Source: an uncultured Candidatus Saccharibacteria bacterium
GTDB lineage: Bacteria; Patescibacteriota; UBA1384; CAILIB01; JAUSJZ01
NCBI GenBank assembly: GCA_964421635.1
Contig: CAYQWZ010000005.1
Span: 2,748-66,747, forward strand
Direction of reading: 5' to 3'
Length of the DNA stretch: 64,000 nt
Positions within the stretch are counted from its first letter, which is position 1, and each line of letters opens with the position of its first letter. Of the stretch, positions 28,872 to 37,483 are shown in pieces. Both the position numbers and the translations under genes were made by a program. The notes below the pieces were generated by a model. That model worked only from the letters and a program-made list of their open reading frames with translations, did no database searches and was not told where the DNA came from.

Positions 28872-29924
28872 TTATTGACCAGTAATATTTTTTAAGATCG
28901 CCTCAGATTCATTTTCAGTAGCTAGTCTTGGTTGGCTATTGTGCTCAATAATCACGGAAATAAATTGATAATCTAGCAGCTCTTCGCCCTTCATCTGGTA
29001 TAATCCTATTACTCCCTCACTTGTTTTGCGCGACCAATTCTGATCAAAAACGAAATTTCCGTGCGAATACATTATTAGCCTGTCTTTGTATTGCTCCATA
29101 ATTTGCACCCAATGCGCATGATTCCCCAAAACTAAGTCGGCACCCGCATCTATAGCCGCATGCGCAATTTCAATTTGCCGCGCAGTTGGCTTATGAGTAT
29201 ACTCGTTGCCCCAATGAAACATAATAATTACGGCATCTGCTAGCTTGTCGGCAGCAGCAATTTCGGCCCGCACAATATTTAAATCAACATTTTTGACCTT
29301 TTTCTGATTAGCCGTCTCAACATCGTTATAGGCCAAAAAAGCGTACTTGGCACCATTGATTTCTCGAACTAAATTTTCTTCATCCTTAACCCCAATAGCT
29401 GCAATATTATTTTCTTGAAGGATTTCAATGGTTTCGCTCAATCCGGCCGTGCCTTTATTTTCAGCATGATTATTGGCAACAGATGCTATATCTACTCCCG
29501 TTTTTGCCAAGGCCGGCGCGTGCTGAAGATTGCCACAAAAGATCATTCCTTCACTTGTAAGTGGGCAGTTAGCAATTAAAGGTGATTCTAAATTGATAAA
29601 AGTCAGGTCAGCCGAATTAAGCAGTTCGGCCGTTTTTTGATAGGGCCAGCTAAAATTATTTTTATTTGAAGTTAACACATTAACATATCTACCAAGCATA
29701 ATATCGCCAGTTACTAGAAGCTTGATTGGTTTTATTTCAGCTTTTTTGGTAGCAATAGATAAATTTTTTATCGCTGGTCTGGTCGACTCTGGTGAACCAA
29801 TCTCTTGAAATAAAGATGCAAAAGAGAAAAGTTGGTCATATCTATCTATTTTTTGAGTGTATAAATAGATACTAAAAGAGTAAATTATTAATACGGCAGC
29901 TGTTATGGTTAAATATGGTTTCAT
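28872..29924 (-). CDS. CapA/PGA_cap family metallophosphatase
   Basis: GDIMLGR, NLESP, SVANNH, FHWGNEY, GADLVLGNHAHWVQ, YSHGNFVFDQ. Confidence 0.93.
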   Translation of the reverse strand: MKPYLTITAAVLIIYSFSIYLYTQKIDRYDQLFSFASLFQEIGSPESTRPAIKNLSIATKKAEIKPIKLLVTGDIMLGRYVNVLTSNKNNFSWPYQKTAELLNSADLTFINLESPLIANCPLTSEGMIFCGNLQHAPALAKTGVDIASVANNHAENKGTAGLSETIEILQENNIAAIGVKDEENLVREINGAKYAFLAYNDVETANQKKVKNVDLNIVRAEIAAADKLADAVIIMFHWGNEYTHKPTARQIEIAHAAIDAGADLVLGNHAHWVQIMEQYKDRLIMYSHGNFVFDQNWSRKTSEGVIGLYQMKGEELLDYQFISVIIEHNSQPRLATENESEAILKNITGQ

Positions 29925-29955
29925 ATATTAATTTAGAAGACCTAACTCCTTGAAG

Positions 29956-30456
29956 TTAGGTCAAAAGGTCTGCTCGATTTACAGCTCGTACATTATGCTC
30001 AATCATCTGCTGAGCTTCGTTGAACACGAATCTTCCCCTTAGAATTTCACCGTCAAGCGCCCTTGGCAGCCACAAAACATCATCTGGCCACATGAGATCA
30101 AATGGTAATCCGTCAAAAGAAAACCATTGCGGATTCATCTCTTCTGTCTCAACCGGTTCCCCTTGCCAGCTGGTACAGAAATAAGTAAGAACTCTTTGGC
30201 TCCAAGCTATATTATGTGGGAAGAAGAAATCACTCACTACTCGTAGCTCCAAGCCGCCAACTACTACCCCTATTTCTTCTAGGGTTTCGCGGCGAGCTGA
30301 AGCTTCAACGGTTTCACCTTCTTCCGGTTTGCCGCCGGTTCCATTCCATTTTCCCTGACCGAACCCTCGTTTCTTCATAGCCAGAAGAACAGACCGCTCT
30401 TGTGTGTCGACCAAAAACACCAACGAGACCTGACGCAACTCTGTTGTTTCATTCAT
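29956..30456 (-). CDS. MTH1-like 8-oxo-dGTP diphosphatase (NUDIX)
   Basis: LLAMKKRGFGQGKWNGTGGK, RRETLEEIG, ETEEMNPQWF, MWPDD.LW; AAGGAG SD. Confidence 0.92.
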   Translation of the reverse strand: MNETTELRQVSLVFLVDTQERSVLLAMKKRGFGQGKWNGTGGKPEEGETVEASARRETLEEIGVVVGGLELRVVSDFFFPHNIAWSQRVLTYFCTSWQGEPVETEEMNPQWFSFDGLPFDLMWPDDVLWLPRALDGEILRGRFVFNEAQQMIEHNVRAVNRADLLT

Positions 30457-30490
30457 GGCTTCACTCCTTCACTCTCATAATAGCAAATTG

Positions 30491-31673
30491 AATAAAAAAA
30501 AATGCCTGCCCTAACTATTGTCAGGCAGGCGGAGTTTGACCACGCGCGTCTTCGGCTCTTCTTTCTATTAAGTCTTGTAGCACTTCGGGTGGATAATGCC
30601 ACTCTGGCCGATTGTTCCCAGCGACTCTTTTCTGTCGTCGCTTACCTCTGATTCTATTTAGCACCCAGGTAAGACTTTTACCAACCCTTCTACTTAATTC
30701 ACATGTTGTGAGCCAATCTCCTGCTTCAACAAGTCTATTTACCTCAGGCCTTAATTCGTCAACTATTTCAGGAGGATAATGGATAAATATCTTACCCGAC
30801 CCAGGAATTCGTCTTAACTCTCCATCGGTACGACCTTTAAGACGAGCTCGAACCCATAAATAATCTTTTCCAAGTATGACAGCAATACTATGAGCACTTA
30901 ACCAGTCACCCCTTTCTAGATATTTATTAGACAGACCTTTGAGAATAGGTAATACCCACGGAGGCCAATGTCTAGTAACTCGGTTAGCTTTATTTGCCCG
31001 TTCTTCTCCGGGCTGATTCATCTGATCTAAACGGCTACCAATCCAGAGACGAGAACGACCTAGCTCTTGTGTCATATATCCCATGGTAATCCAGCCATTT
31101 GCCCCTTTACTCTCAGCTGACATCCTTACAAGTTCCGGAATAACCGCCAGAGGATAACAACGAAACACTCCGCCTCTGCAAATTCGTTTCTCATTAGGAA
31201 AGGGCAAACTTTCTATTCGTGCCTTGACCCACTTATAGCTCCTACCAACTCTGGAATATATTTGACCAACTGATAGCCAGTCTCGAGCAGGCTGGTACAG
31301 CCCAGAATCGTTCTCTTGTCGGCGTAGCTTTCTAAGTAAATTCGACAATAGTAGTAGCCTGTCATATATCCAGACTCGAGCCTCACCGTAATGCTCAAAT
31401 GTCATTTTACTTTCCCAAGCCCGCTTATAAACAAGCTCTACAATATTTCGTGCATCATGAGTGTCAAAAACCAGACTGATAGCACCACTTAGCAGGATTT
31501 CTTCTGTTGCTGTTTTGAATCGAGCGAACCTTTGAGCTCGTTGTTCATCTACCAACCTCATCTTTCAACCTCCTTCCCGCTGAAGTTACTCTGTACAAGA
31601 GCACTCTTATCAAAACAAGAAAAGTTATTTAAACCAATAAAAAAATGCCTGCCGACTATTGTCAGGCAGGCGG
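30491..31673 (-). repeat. Near-identical terminator hairpins (30491-30532 and 31636-31673) bracketing the 30521-31561 module
   Basis: aata(A)n-tgcctgcc(cta/g)actattgtcaggcaggcgg in both. Confidence 0.85.
30521..31561 (-). CDS. Putative DNA-binding protein: ECF sigma region-2-like domain plus four tandem winged-HTH repeats
   Basis: DARNIVELVYKRAWE..TF..G.AR.WIY...LRK.RR resembles sigma70_r2; four ~60-aa repeats W(L/I)(S/T)....(L/V)G(R/K)...W...R...R...(Y/W)P; AAGGAGG SD. Confidence 0.65.
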   Translation of the reverse strand: MRLVDEQRAQRFARFKTATEEILLSGAISLVFDTHDARNIVELVYKRAWESKMTFEHYGEARVWIYDRLLLLSNLLRKLRRQENDSGLYQPARDWLSVGQIYSRVGRSYKWVKARIESLPFPNEKRICRGGVFRCYPLAVIPELVRMSAESKGANGWITMGYMTQELGRSRLWIGSRLDQMNQPGEERANKANRVTRHWPPWVLPILKGLSNKYLERGDWLSAHSIAVILGKDYLWVRARLKGRTDGELRRIPGSGKIFIHYPPEIVDELRPEVNRLVEAGDWLTTCELSRRVGKSLTWVLNRIRGKRRQKRVAGNNRPEWHYPPEVLQDLIERRAEDARGQTPPA

Positions 31674-31688
31674 TTGGTAGGTCTTGTC

Positions 31689-32420
31689 TTACTCTTCGTC
31701 GAAGATGCGAAATGCTCGTTGCAGGTATGCAGTGACTTTTGTCATATCAAGTTGGTTTTGAGGATTACGCAACTGCCCTTCAGCATCAATGCTGAGAGTT
31801 GGCCACAGCTGGGCCATCCTTTCAATTGGCTCCAATGTGTCTGGCCCCAAGCCACCAGCCACAACAAGCTGAAAGTATTGGCCGTGCGAGATATTGATAG
31901 CACCAAGTCTTTCAACTGTAGCATCGGAATCGAATGGCAAGCCACGACCTCGGCTGAAATCTACTAAAACATAGTCAAACAGCTTGTGATATTTAGTCAG
32001 TTTGTATAACAGCTTATTCATGCTTCCAGTTTCTGTAATAGCAGCTCGACTGATTTGCATCACCAGCAGATCTTCAGGATACACCGTACGATACACTTTC
32101 AACATCTCAACCTCTGGCCATGGATGGTTGATTTGAGTTCCGTGACAGTGTTGTCCGCCCATTTCTCTGGCTTCCATAACACCATTTAGAGGGGTTTGTT
32201 CATCTTCGCCAATGCAGTAATGAATAAGGTTGAGTGCTCGTTTGTCTGGTGAGAAAATTTGGGACAATTGATTCGGCGGTGGTAAACGAGTGTAGCCAAC
32301 TAACACCCCTACCATCAAGCGATGAGTCGAATGGTTTGGCACCGCAGCCAAAGCTTGCGCCACCTCCGAGCCGGTAGTGAAGCCGGTAGCACCAATGTAC
32401 GGTGGCGCTTCTCTTGACAT
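31689..32420 (-). CDS. TrpF/PRAI-like TIM-barrel protein
   Basis: PYIGATGF start, LIHY, QIN.PWP, YVLVDFSRGRG, VVAGGLGP, SIDAEG.LR; GGGAGGAG SD before ATG 32420. Confidence 0.7.
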   Translation of the reverse strand: MSREAPPYIGATGFTTGSEVAQALAAVPNHSTHRLMVGVLVGYTRLPPPNQLSQIFSPDKRALNLIHYCIGEDEQTPLNGVMEAREMGGQHCHGTQINHPWPEVEMLKVYRTVYPEDLLVMQISRAAITETGSMNKLLYKLTKYHKLFDYVLVDFSRGRGLPFDSDATVERLGAINISHGQYFQLVVAGGLGPDTLEPIERMAQLWPTLSIDAEGQLRNPQNQLDMTKVTAYLQRAFRIFDEE

Positions 32421-32421
32421 G

Positions 32422-32883
32422 TCAGTTCTCCTCCCATTTACTCGTATCACATCGCTGAGATTCTCTCAGCTCAGTCAAAATGCGATCAACATGCTCGAGT
32501 GTCATGTAGCCTTCCGGCAACTGCACACCATCATCCGACAATACCTCTCTGAACAATGCATTGAGCTGGACGCCTGTAGGATTATTGCCAAGAGCCTGCA
32601 TAATGCGTTCCATAAGATCTTCCTCAAAAGCAGGCATCTCAATTTGAACAGCTTTCAGCATACACCCAAGCAACACAGTTTCCATAGAAACCAAAACGGC
32701 TTCGGCAACTGGAAACTGAGCTTTTGACAGGGAACCTGCAGTTATCGGCAAGTACTCTTTGCCCGCACCTCGTGAGAAGCGAACTGACCAGCTAGGATCG
32801 TTCTCAGAACCTTCAGTAAACATGATGAATAGGTCAAAAGGATTTGTCACAATCCCAAGAGCAGCTTCGAGTTCCATTTCCAC
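32422..32883 (-). CDS. Orphan hypothetical protein
   Basis: 153-aa ORF after the duplicated promoter/leader; directly adjacent to the downstream TIM-barrel gene. Confidence 0.65.
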   Translation of the reverse strand: MEMELEAALGIVTNPFDLFIMFTEGSENDPSWSVRFSRGAGKEYLPITAGSLSKAQFPVAEAVLVSMETVLLGCMLKAVQIEMPAFEEDLMERIMQALGNNPTGVQLNALFREVLSDDGVQLPEGYMTLEHVDRILTELRESQRCDTSKWEEN

Positions 32884-32895
32884 ACTCTCTTTCTA

Positions 32896-33255
32896 CGCTT
32901 TCGCGCTCTCACAAACTACCAGTAATCAGCTATAGAAGTCAATAAAAAAACTGCCTTCCCCCGAGGAAAAGCAGCTAGATCTACTATGAAGGTATACGAA
33001 ACCAAATGATCAAAAATAATGGGTTGAAAAGAAGCGTGCCACCAAGACAGACCATTAGAGTAGTAGTGCCGTAACTGTCAAACTCCTGAGGGTTACGAAA
33101 AGCCCACCATAGCTGTACAGTACATACAAGCAGAATTGCCAATCCCATTAGTCGATAGTTAATCATATTGTGATCCCAGAATTCAATGATCGCACCTATC
33201 GCGTTTTTCATACCGTCCTTCCTCTCTGCGCTTTCGCGCTCTCACAAACTACCAG
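32896..33255 (-). repeat. 27-bp direct repeat (32896-32922 and 33229-33255) comprising the -10 box and 5' leader hairpin of two consecutive modules
   Basis: cgctttcgcgctctcacaaactaccag; on the minus strand TAGTTT followed by gtgagagCGC-GAAA-GCG; each copy has TTGACT 18 nt upstream. Confidence 0.9.
32984..33211 (-). CDS. Orphan two-TM membrane protein (SD-led module)
   Basis: GGAAGGA SD; terminator ctgc.ttcc/ggaa.agcag with A7 at 32944-32973. Confidence 0.7.
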   Translation of the reverse strand: MKNAIGAIIEFWDHNMINYRLMGLAILLVCTVQLWWAFRNPQEFDSYGTTTLMVCLGGTLLFNPLFLIIWFRIPS

Positions 33256-33312
33256 AAAAGAACAGTAGTAGTCAACAAAAAAAGCCCCGGATAAATCCGA
33301 GACTGGAGGTAG

Positions 33313-33570
33313 CTACTTGCGTCTCATGCGAGCTGAAGGATGGTTAAAGTCCAAGAGTATAGTTCCGTTTTCTCCACATATGACTCGCCCGTCACGAAGA
33401 GCAAGGTTTATTCTGGGTCTAGTTGTGCTAAACAATGTAACGGTCAACCCTCGTGGACCCTCCACACAAGGAAATGATTTACTTACGATATTCCACTTCC
33501 TGCAGAATCTATCAACAAAGATATGGCCTCCTATTGTTGCTTTTTCAAAATCCTCTTCGGTTATTGGCAA
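33313..33570 (-). CDS. Orphan hypothetical protein; probable TTG start at 33570 coupled to the upstream stop
   Basis: 3' part of the 136-aa ORF; TTG 1 nt after the TAG of 33572-33913; terminator at 33277-33306. Confidence 0.45.
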   Translation of the reverse strand: MPITEEDFEKATIGGHIFVDRFCRKWNIVSKSFPCVEGPRGLTVTLFSTTRPRINLALRDGRVICGENGTILLDFNHPSARMRRK

Positions 33571-33571
33571 A

Positions 33572-33913
33572 CTACTGATCTGTCCCCAAACCCAGCACTT
33601 CGCGATAGATTCGAATGAATTCAGCACTGGCTCTATTGACACCAAACTCGTCAAGCACCTGACCTCGAACGGTCGGATGATGGAACTGCAATTGCTCATC
33701 ATAAAGCTTCTCGAGCAAACCAATCACTTCTTCAAACTTCTCGGCACCTTGTTCAGATGCATACAACAAAAGGCTAATGATTTTACCTGAACAGTTTTCG
33801 CAGTTGTTTAAGAGTGTTTCAATGCGTTGCCATTGTTCAAATGTAAGCACCTCTGCAAGCTTCTCTTGAAACTTTTGCTTCAGTGCTTCTCTCATTGTGT
33901 CGTCTGCTGACAT
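33572..33913 (-). CDS. Orphan helical protein (SD-led module)
   Basis: TTGATT-17-TAGAGT promoter, AGGAAGGAG SD. Confidence 0.7.
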   Translation of the reverse strand: MSADDTMREALKQKFQEKLAEVLTFEQWQRIETLLNNCENCSGKIISLLLYASEQGAEKFEEVIGLLEKLYDEQLQFHHPTVRGQVLDEFGVNRASAEFIRIYREVLGLGTDQ

Positions 33914-33997
33914 GTGGCTCTCCTTCCTAATTAGACTCTAGCCAAATATATTACTTTAATCAATGCAAAAGTGATTATCGCTGAATATTTAAGGATT

Positions 33998-34024
33998 AAA
34001 AAACTGCCTGCCGGTCGGCAGGCA
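33998..34024 (-). terminator. Terminator built on the TGCCTGCCG/CGGCAGGCA palindrome
   Basis: A6-c-tgcctgccg-gt-cggcaggca just after the stop of 34034-34342. Confidence 0.75.
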
Positions 34025-34033
34025 AGCCTTACC

Positions 34034-34342
34034 CTATACGGGCTCGGCAAGGGTTAGTAGACCAGCGTCTACAAGAGTATCTTGTACTAGATTCAGCAGC
34101 TGTCCAGGTGGTCCGAAGACAATCAGCTTAAGTAGATCGCCTCGTTGCCCACCATCTTGGCAGACAACTACTACTGTTTCGCCATCACAAAGAATAATGT
34201 TGCTGCCAGGCGTAACACATTCGGTGCCCTGTGCTCGACTACCCCAGCCGCGAGCAACAAAACCGCGCTCTACACAATGTCGCCACACGCCCTCTAATCT
34301 TTCGCGCGCTCGCTCCAGCAGACCCTTCTCTGACTCTGACAT
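34034..34342 (-). CDS. Orphan hypothetical protein (SD-led module)
   Basis: AGGGAG SD, own terminator. Confidence 0.7.
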   Translation of the reverse strand: MSESEKGLLERARERLEGVWRHCVERGFVARGWGSRAQGTECVTPGSNIILCDGETVVVVCQDGGQRGDLLKLIVFGPPGQLLNLVQDTLVDAGLLTLAEPV

Positions 34343-34421
34343 CCTTTTCTCCCTAAAATATAGGATATCAAAAAAATCAGCCCTTATTGCTGCTATTCAA
34401 TTTCTGCATACTGAAAAATTT

Positions 34422-34661
34422 CTATTTCACCAACAGCTCTAAAGCAAAGTAAACTAGATAAGCTGGCCAGACGATGGCTTTCAATAAACCAACGACGCCT
34501 GCGCCAAAAGTAGCTGCTTGACCTATAAAGTATACCGCCGCTCCAATTAAGCCAAGGCCGTAAACTCCACCGCCACCATGATGATAGCGTCGCCTGTCTT
34601 TACGACACTCTTTTCTCCATTCTCTCCACTCTTTCCAATCCTTTTTATCTTTTGTATTCAT
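34422..34661 (-). CDS. Small two-TM membrane protein
   Basis: GGVYGLGLIGAAVYFI...GLLKAIVWPAYLVY; TATAAT 6 nt before ATG. Confidence 0.8.
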   Translation of the reverse strand: MNTKDKKDWKEWREWRKECRKDRRRYHHGGGGVYGLGLIGAAVYFIGQAATFGAGVVGLLKAIVWPAYLVYFALELLVK

Positions 34662-34752
34662 GTTTTAATTATATCTCAAATCTAGAAGCGCAAGCTAATA
34701 ATTTTTTTTGGCTACTATACTTGGTATAATGACGGCAGGAGGATACGACCCC

Positions 34753-35034
34753 ATGATACTCTTCGCTGTCGGTAAGCAGACAAATGGTTGGGGAGGATAT
34801 CAGTGGCAATCCTATTTCGTAGTAGCCCAAAACGAAGCTGAAGCAATTGAGCTAGTTGATCGCTACTCCGGCGAAGGTTACTGGAGCAATCATCCCGACC
34901 CACCCACAGTAGTTGTAGTGGCAAGTTCAATCGATATCGTCCCTGGTATGCCTAAAATCTTCCCTATAGATTCACTTTGTGCACCCCGATTCTTCCCATC
35001 CGATGTGCCCACTCTAGCACCTCTAGTCATTTAA
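34753..35034 (+). CDS. Orphan hypothetical protein (SD-led module)
   Basis: AGGAGG SD before ATG 34753; terminator gccccagc/gctggggt-T8 at 35043-35070. Confidence 0.65.
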   Translation: MILFAVGKQTNGWGGYQWQSYFVVAQNEAEAIELVDRYSGEGYWSNHPDPPTVVVVASSIDIVPGMPKIFPIDSLCAPRFFPSDVPTLAPLVI

Positions 35035-35098
35035 CACCTGTAGCCCCAGCATCACCGCTGGGGTTTTTTTATTTATTATTAATTCCCTGCAAAAAAAC

Positions 35099-36133
35099 TT
35101 AAGGGGCAATATTGTTACCTGCCTTATTTGAATTTGAATTGCTATTCTGTTGGCCTCCACCACTTTGTTGAGCACCTTCACCAGCTGTTCCGTTTACCTC
35201 AACACTCCCCTCGGCATTACCCCCAACACCACCATCAACAGTATTTTGATTAACAGTGTTGGCTGAATTTGTCGTGCCACCATCAGTTGTGTTTACAATA
35301 ACCACATTGCTAGTCGTTGTTTTGGAATCACCAACCACCACCATACCACCCGCTTTATAACTATCAATCACCGAACCATCACTCATCTGAATTTTCCAGA
35401 CTCGCTTACCCCCTGTTGTAACTGAATTTGGACCAGTTCCCGGCGCATATTCAATCTTTAAATTACCTTGTTTATTTTGAGATATTTTACCCTCTCCTTG
35501 GTCAATAATTACTCCATCATTATCTGTAATTTTGTCACCTGGTGCATAAACACGCGATTCTTTATCTACATCTATTTTTACTGTCATTCCTTTAGGATCA
35601 CGCCAAACCGTTACTACTCGATCTACAAAATTATCAACTGTCTCCTCATCTTGAGAAGTGGCAAGAGCTTCTCTCATTCTATTAACAGCTCTCTCTTGAA
35701 CCTGAGCAATGGTTTCTTTTGTGGCACTACTTTGAGTCTCTTGACGCACCTGAGATAAAACCGCCTGTCGCTCAATAACATTCTGCTCTGATGTATCTAT
35801 TAAATCATCTTCTGTATTATCACTTTCTAGCCGAGAGCTCATACTTCCTTCTAAATATTCATACCGCTGCGCCAGTTTTTCTACTCTATCTTGCTGACCC
35901 GACGCATCTGCTACCTTAATTTCTTCGGTACGCTTAGTCGCCAATTCGTTCATTAAGGATACTTTATTTTCATGACGCCAAGTTAGAAGATGCAAACTTA
36001 TCCATTCTTTTGAGTACGTCCATCTAGATGGTAATTGATTTTCATCGGCAGCCCGAACTACTCCGGTGCCTGCAAACAGACCGAGACATATAATAAAACC
36101 GCCTAGGGCTAGTTTTGTTTTTGTGGTAGACAT
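35099..36133 (-). CDS. Secreted protein with DUF5667-like helical N-domain and Gly/Asn/Gln-rich tail
   Basis: Signal peptide, LPSRWTYSKEWISLHLLT...K......A.KR.EE pattern, low-complexity C-terminus. Confidence 0.65.
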   Translation of the reverse strand: MSTTKTKLALGGFIICLGLFAGTGVVRAADENQLPSRWTYSKEWISLHLLTWRHENKVSLMNELATKRTEEIKVADASGQQDRVEKLAQRYEYLEGSMSSRLESDNTEDDLIDTSEQNVIERQAVLSQVRQETQSSATKETIAQVQERAVNRMREALATSQDEETVDNFVDRVVTVWRDPKGMTVKIDVDKESRVYAPGDKITDNDGVIIDQGEGKISQNKQGNLKIEYAPGTGPNSVTTGGKRVWKIQMSDGSVIDSYKAGGMVVVGDSKTTTSNVVIVNTTDGGTTNSANTVNQNTVDGGVGGNAEGSVEVNGTAGEGAQQSGGGQQNSNSNSNKAGNNIAP

Positions 36134-36333
36134 AGAGCTAATATTAAGTAAATAGCTGGTATAACAAACAACACCCAGAGTAGAAGGTAAACACCATCTC
36201 GTGGATCGAACCAATCGAACCAGGTGATACCGACAATGATGCCGAGTGATATCAGCGACAACTTAAATAGCCCCATCTGCCACCAACGCAAAGTATAATC
36301 TTTAAAAAATCTCATCTTGTCTAAATTATACAC
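36109..36333 (-). CDS. Small two-TM membrane protein
   Basis: LRWWQMGLFKLSLISLGIIVG...; TATAAT upstream of the internal ATG (MRFF). Confidence 0.7.
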   Translation of the reverse strand: MYNLDKMRFFKDYTLRWWQMGLFKLSLISLGIIVGITWFDWFDPRDGVYLLLWVLFVIPAIYLILALCLPQKQN

Positions 36334-36365
36334 CTCTTTCTTCAGTTTGCTATAATATTGATGTA

Positions 36366-36785
36366 ATGCTAATAAAAAATCCTGTGCTGTCGTTGAAAGT
36401 CGGTTGGTTAGTTGTAACTATTTTAGTTTTTCTAGACGCTTTTTTAGATTCTAAGCGAGGGGTAGAAGGTAATCCCCTATGGCAACCAATTGTGGAAAAG
36501 ATTGGCATTCAGAATATTTATATTCTGGTTCCTTTTGTCTTATTATTATTTTGGCTGGTAGTTAAATTTGGTGGCTGGTTAACCGCTCGTATTGACAAGA
36601 CCCCTCAAGCCGAAGAGCTGGTGTTAACTGCTTTGGTCCTAGTCTACGGTCTCTTTGATCTTTGGGTTATCGCCGTCGACTTTTTGAATTTCCACTTAAT
36701 TACTAATTACCGGTTGTTGGTTATCCCCCTGACTATCATTGCTGTCTTTTATGCTGTTTGGGCAGAGAAAAAACTTAAGCAATAA
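36366..36785 (+). CDS. Four-TM membrane protein
   Basis: FLDAFLD...EGNPLW motif; TATAAT 9 nt before ATG. Confidence 0.75.
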   Translation: MLIKNPVLSLKVGWLVVTILVFLDAFLDSKRGVEGNPLWQPIVEKIGIQNIYILVPFVLLLFWLVVKFGGWLTARIDKTPQAEELVLTALVLVYGLFDLWVIAVDFLNFHLITNYRLLVIPLTIIAVFYAVWAEKKLKQ

Positions 36786-36799
36786 TTGCCTCTAATAGA

Positions 36800-37075
36800 T
36801 TACTTTTCAATACTAATAGCATGTCCATCTACAATTGCCTCAGCTAATTTTTGATGAGCCGAAGAAAGGATCCTCTGAAAAGTGCTTTGTGATGTTTCCA
36901 TTATCTTAGCAGAAGCCGTCTGGTTAAGTTTCTTTTTATATTTAAGACGCAGAACTTCACCTTCTTCTCTGGTCAAATTAATTACTTCAATCTCGCGCAA
37001 TCTAATTCCAGATGGCTTAAAGAATGTTGCTTTGGGTCGGAATTTAATCCTTTTTTTTAATCTCGGTCGGGCCAT
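36800..37075 (-). CDS. DUF134 family HTH protein
   Basis: MARPR...FKPSG...L..EE.EVLRL...LNQ..SA..METSQSTFQRILSSAH.KLAEAIVDG. Confidence 0.92.
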   Translation of the reverse strand: MARPRLKKRIKFRPKATFFKPSGIRLREIEVINLTREEGEVLRLKYKKKLNQTASAKIMETSQSTFQRILSSAHQKLAEAIVDGHAISIEK

Positions 37076-37076
37076 A

Positions 37077-37277
37077 TTAGCAAAATTCTCCCTGCATCAA
37101 ACTCTCGCACTTAGGACATTTTATTTCAACGCAAGGCACACCCCGCTTATTATGTGTCTTTTTATATCCACACTTTGGACAGATACATTTGCTTGAGCCA
37201 ATTGGACCTTCTCCACGACGATTCGCACCACGAACAAAATCATTGCCACTATTTCCTGTTTTGTCTTTATTAGGCAT
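37077..37277 (-). CDS. Small Cys-rich (zinc-ribbon-like) protein adjacent to DUF134
   Basis: MPNKDKTG...CICPKCG...H.RGVPC...KCPKC..M. Confidence 0.8.
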   Translation of the reverse strand: MPNKDKTGNSGNDFVRGANRRGEGPIGSSKCICPKCGYKKTHNKRGVPCVEIKCPKCESLMQGEFC

Positions 37278-37376
37278 AGTCTAATATTTATTACTTATAT
37301 CTTTATGAGTATATACCCATAACGATATTAAGTCAAAAACCTAAAAAGCCTAATTTGAATAAGGTCTAATTGGCTC

Positions 37377-37396
37377 CCTGCCTGCCGGCAGGCAGG
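37377..37396. repeat. 20-bp perfect palindrome CCTGCCTGCCGGCAGGCAGG (copy 1)
   Basis: Preceded by GCTC; identical to 39188-39207. Confidence 0.95.
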
Positions 37397-37483
37397 CTCA
37401 CCTTAGACGCTATTGGAACTTTTTCTCAACCCTAGGCTCCAATCGCTTTACGCAATTGAGAGCCGAGGTGTTGAGATCATGCC

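Noticed and set aside
33317-33790. 157-aa plus-strand ORF
   Set aside because: Promoter, SD and terminator orientation all favour the minus-strand ORFs.
29956-35070. Classical integron
   Set aside because: No IntI, intergenic hairpins are U-tract terminators lacking attC consensus, and most units have their own promoter.
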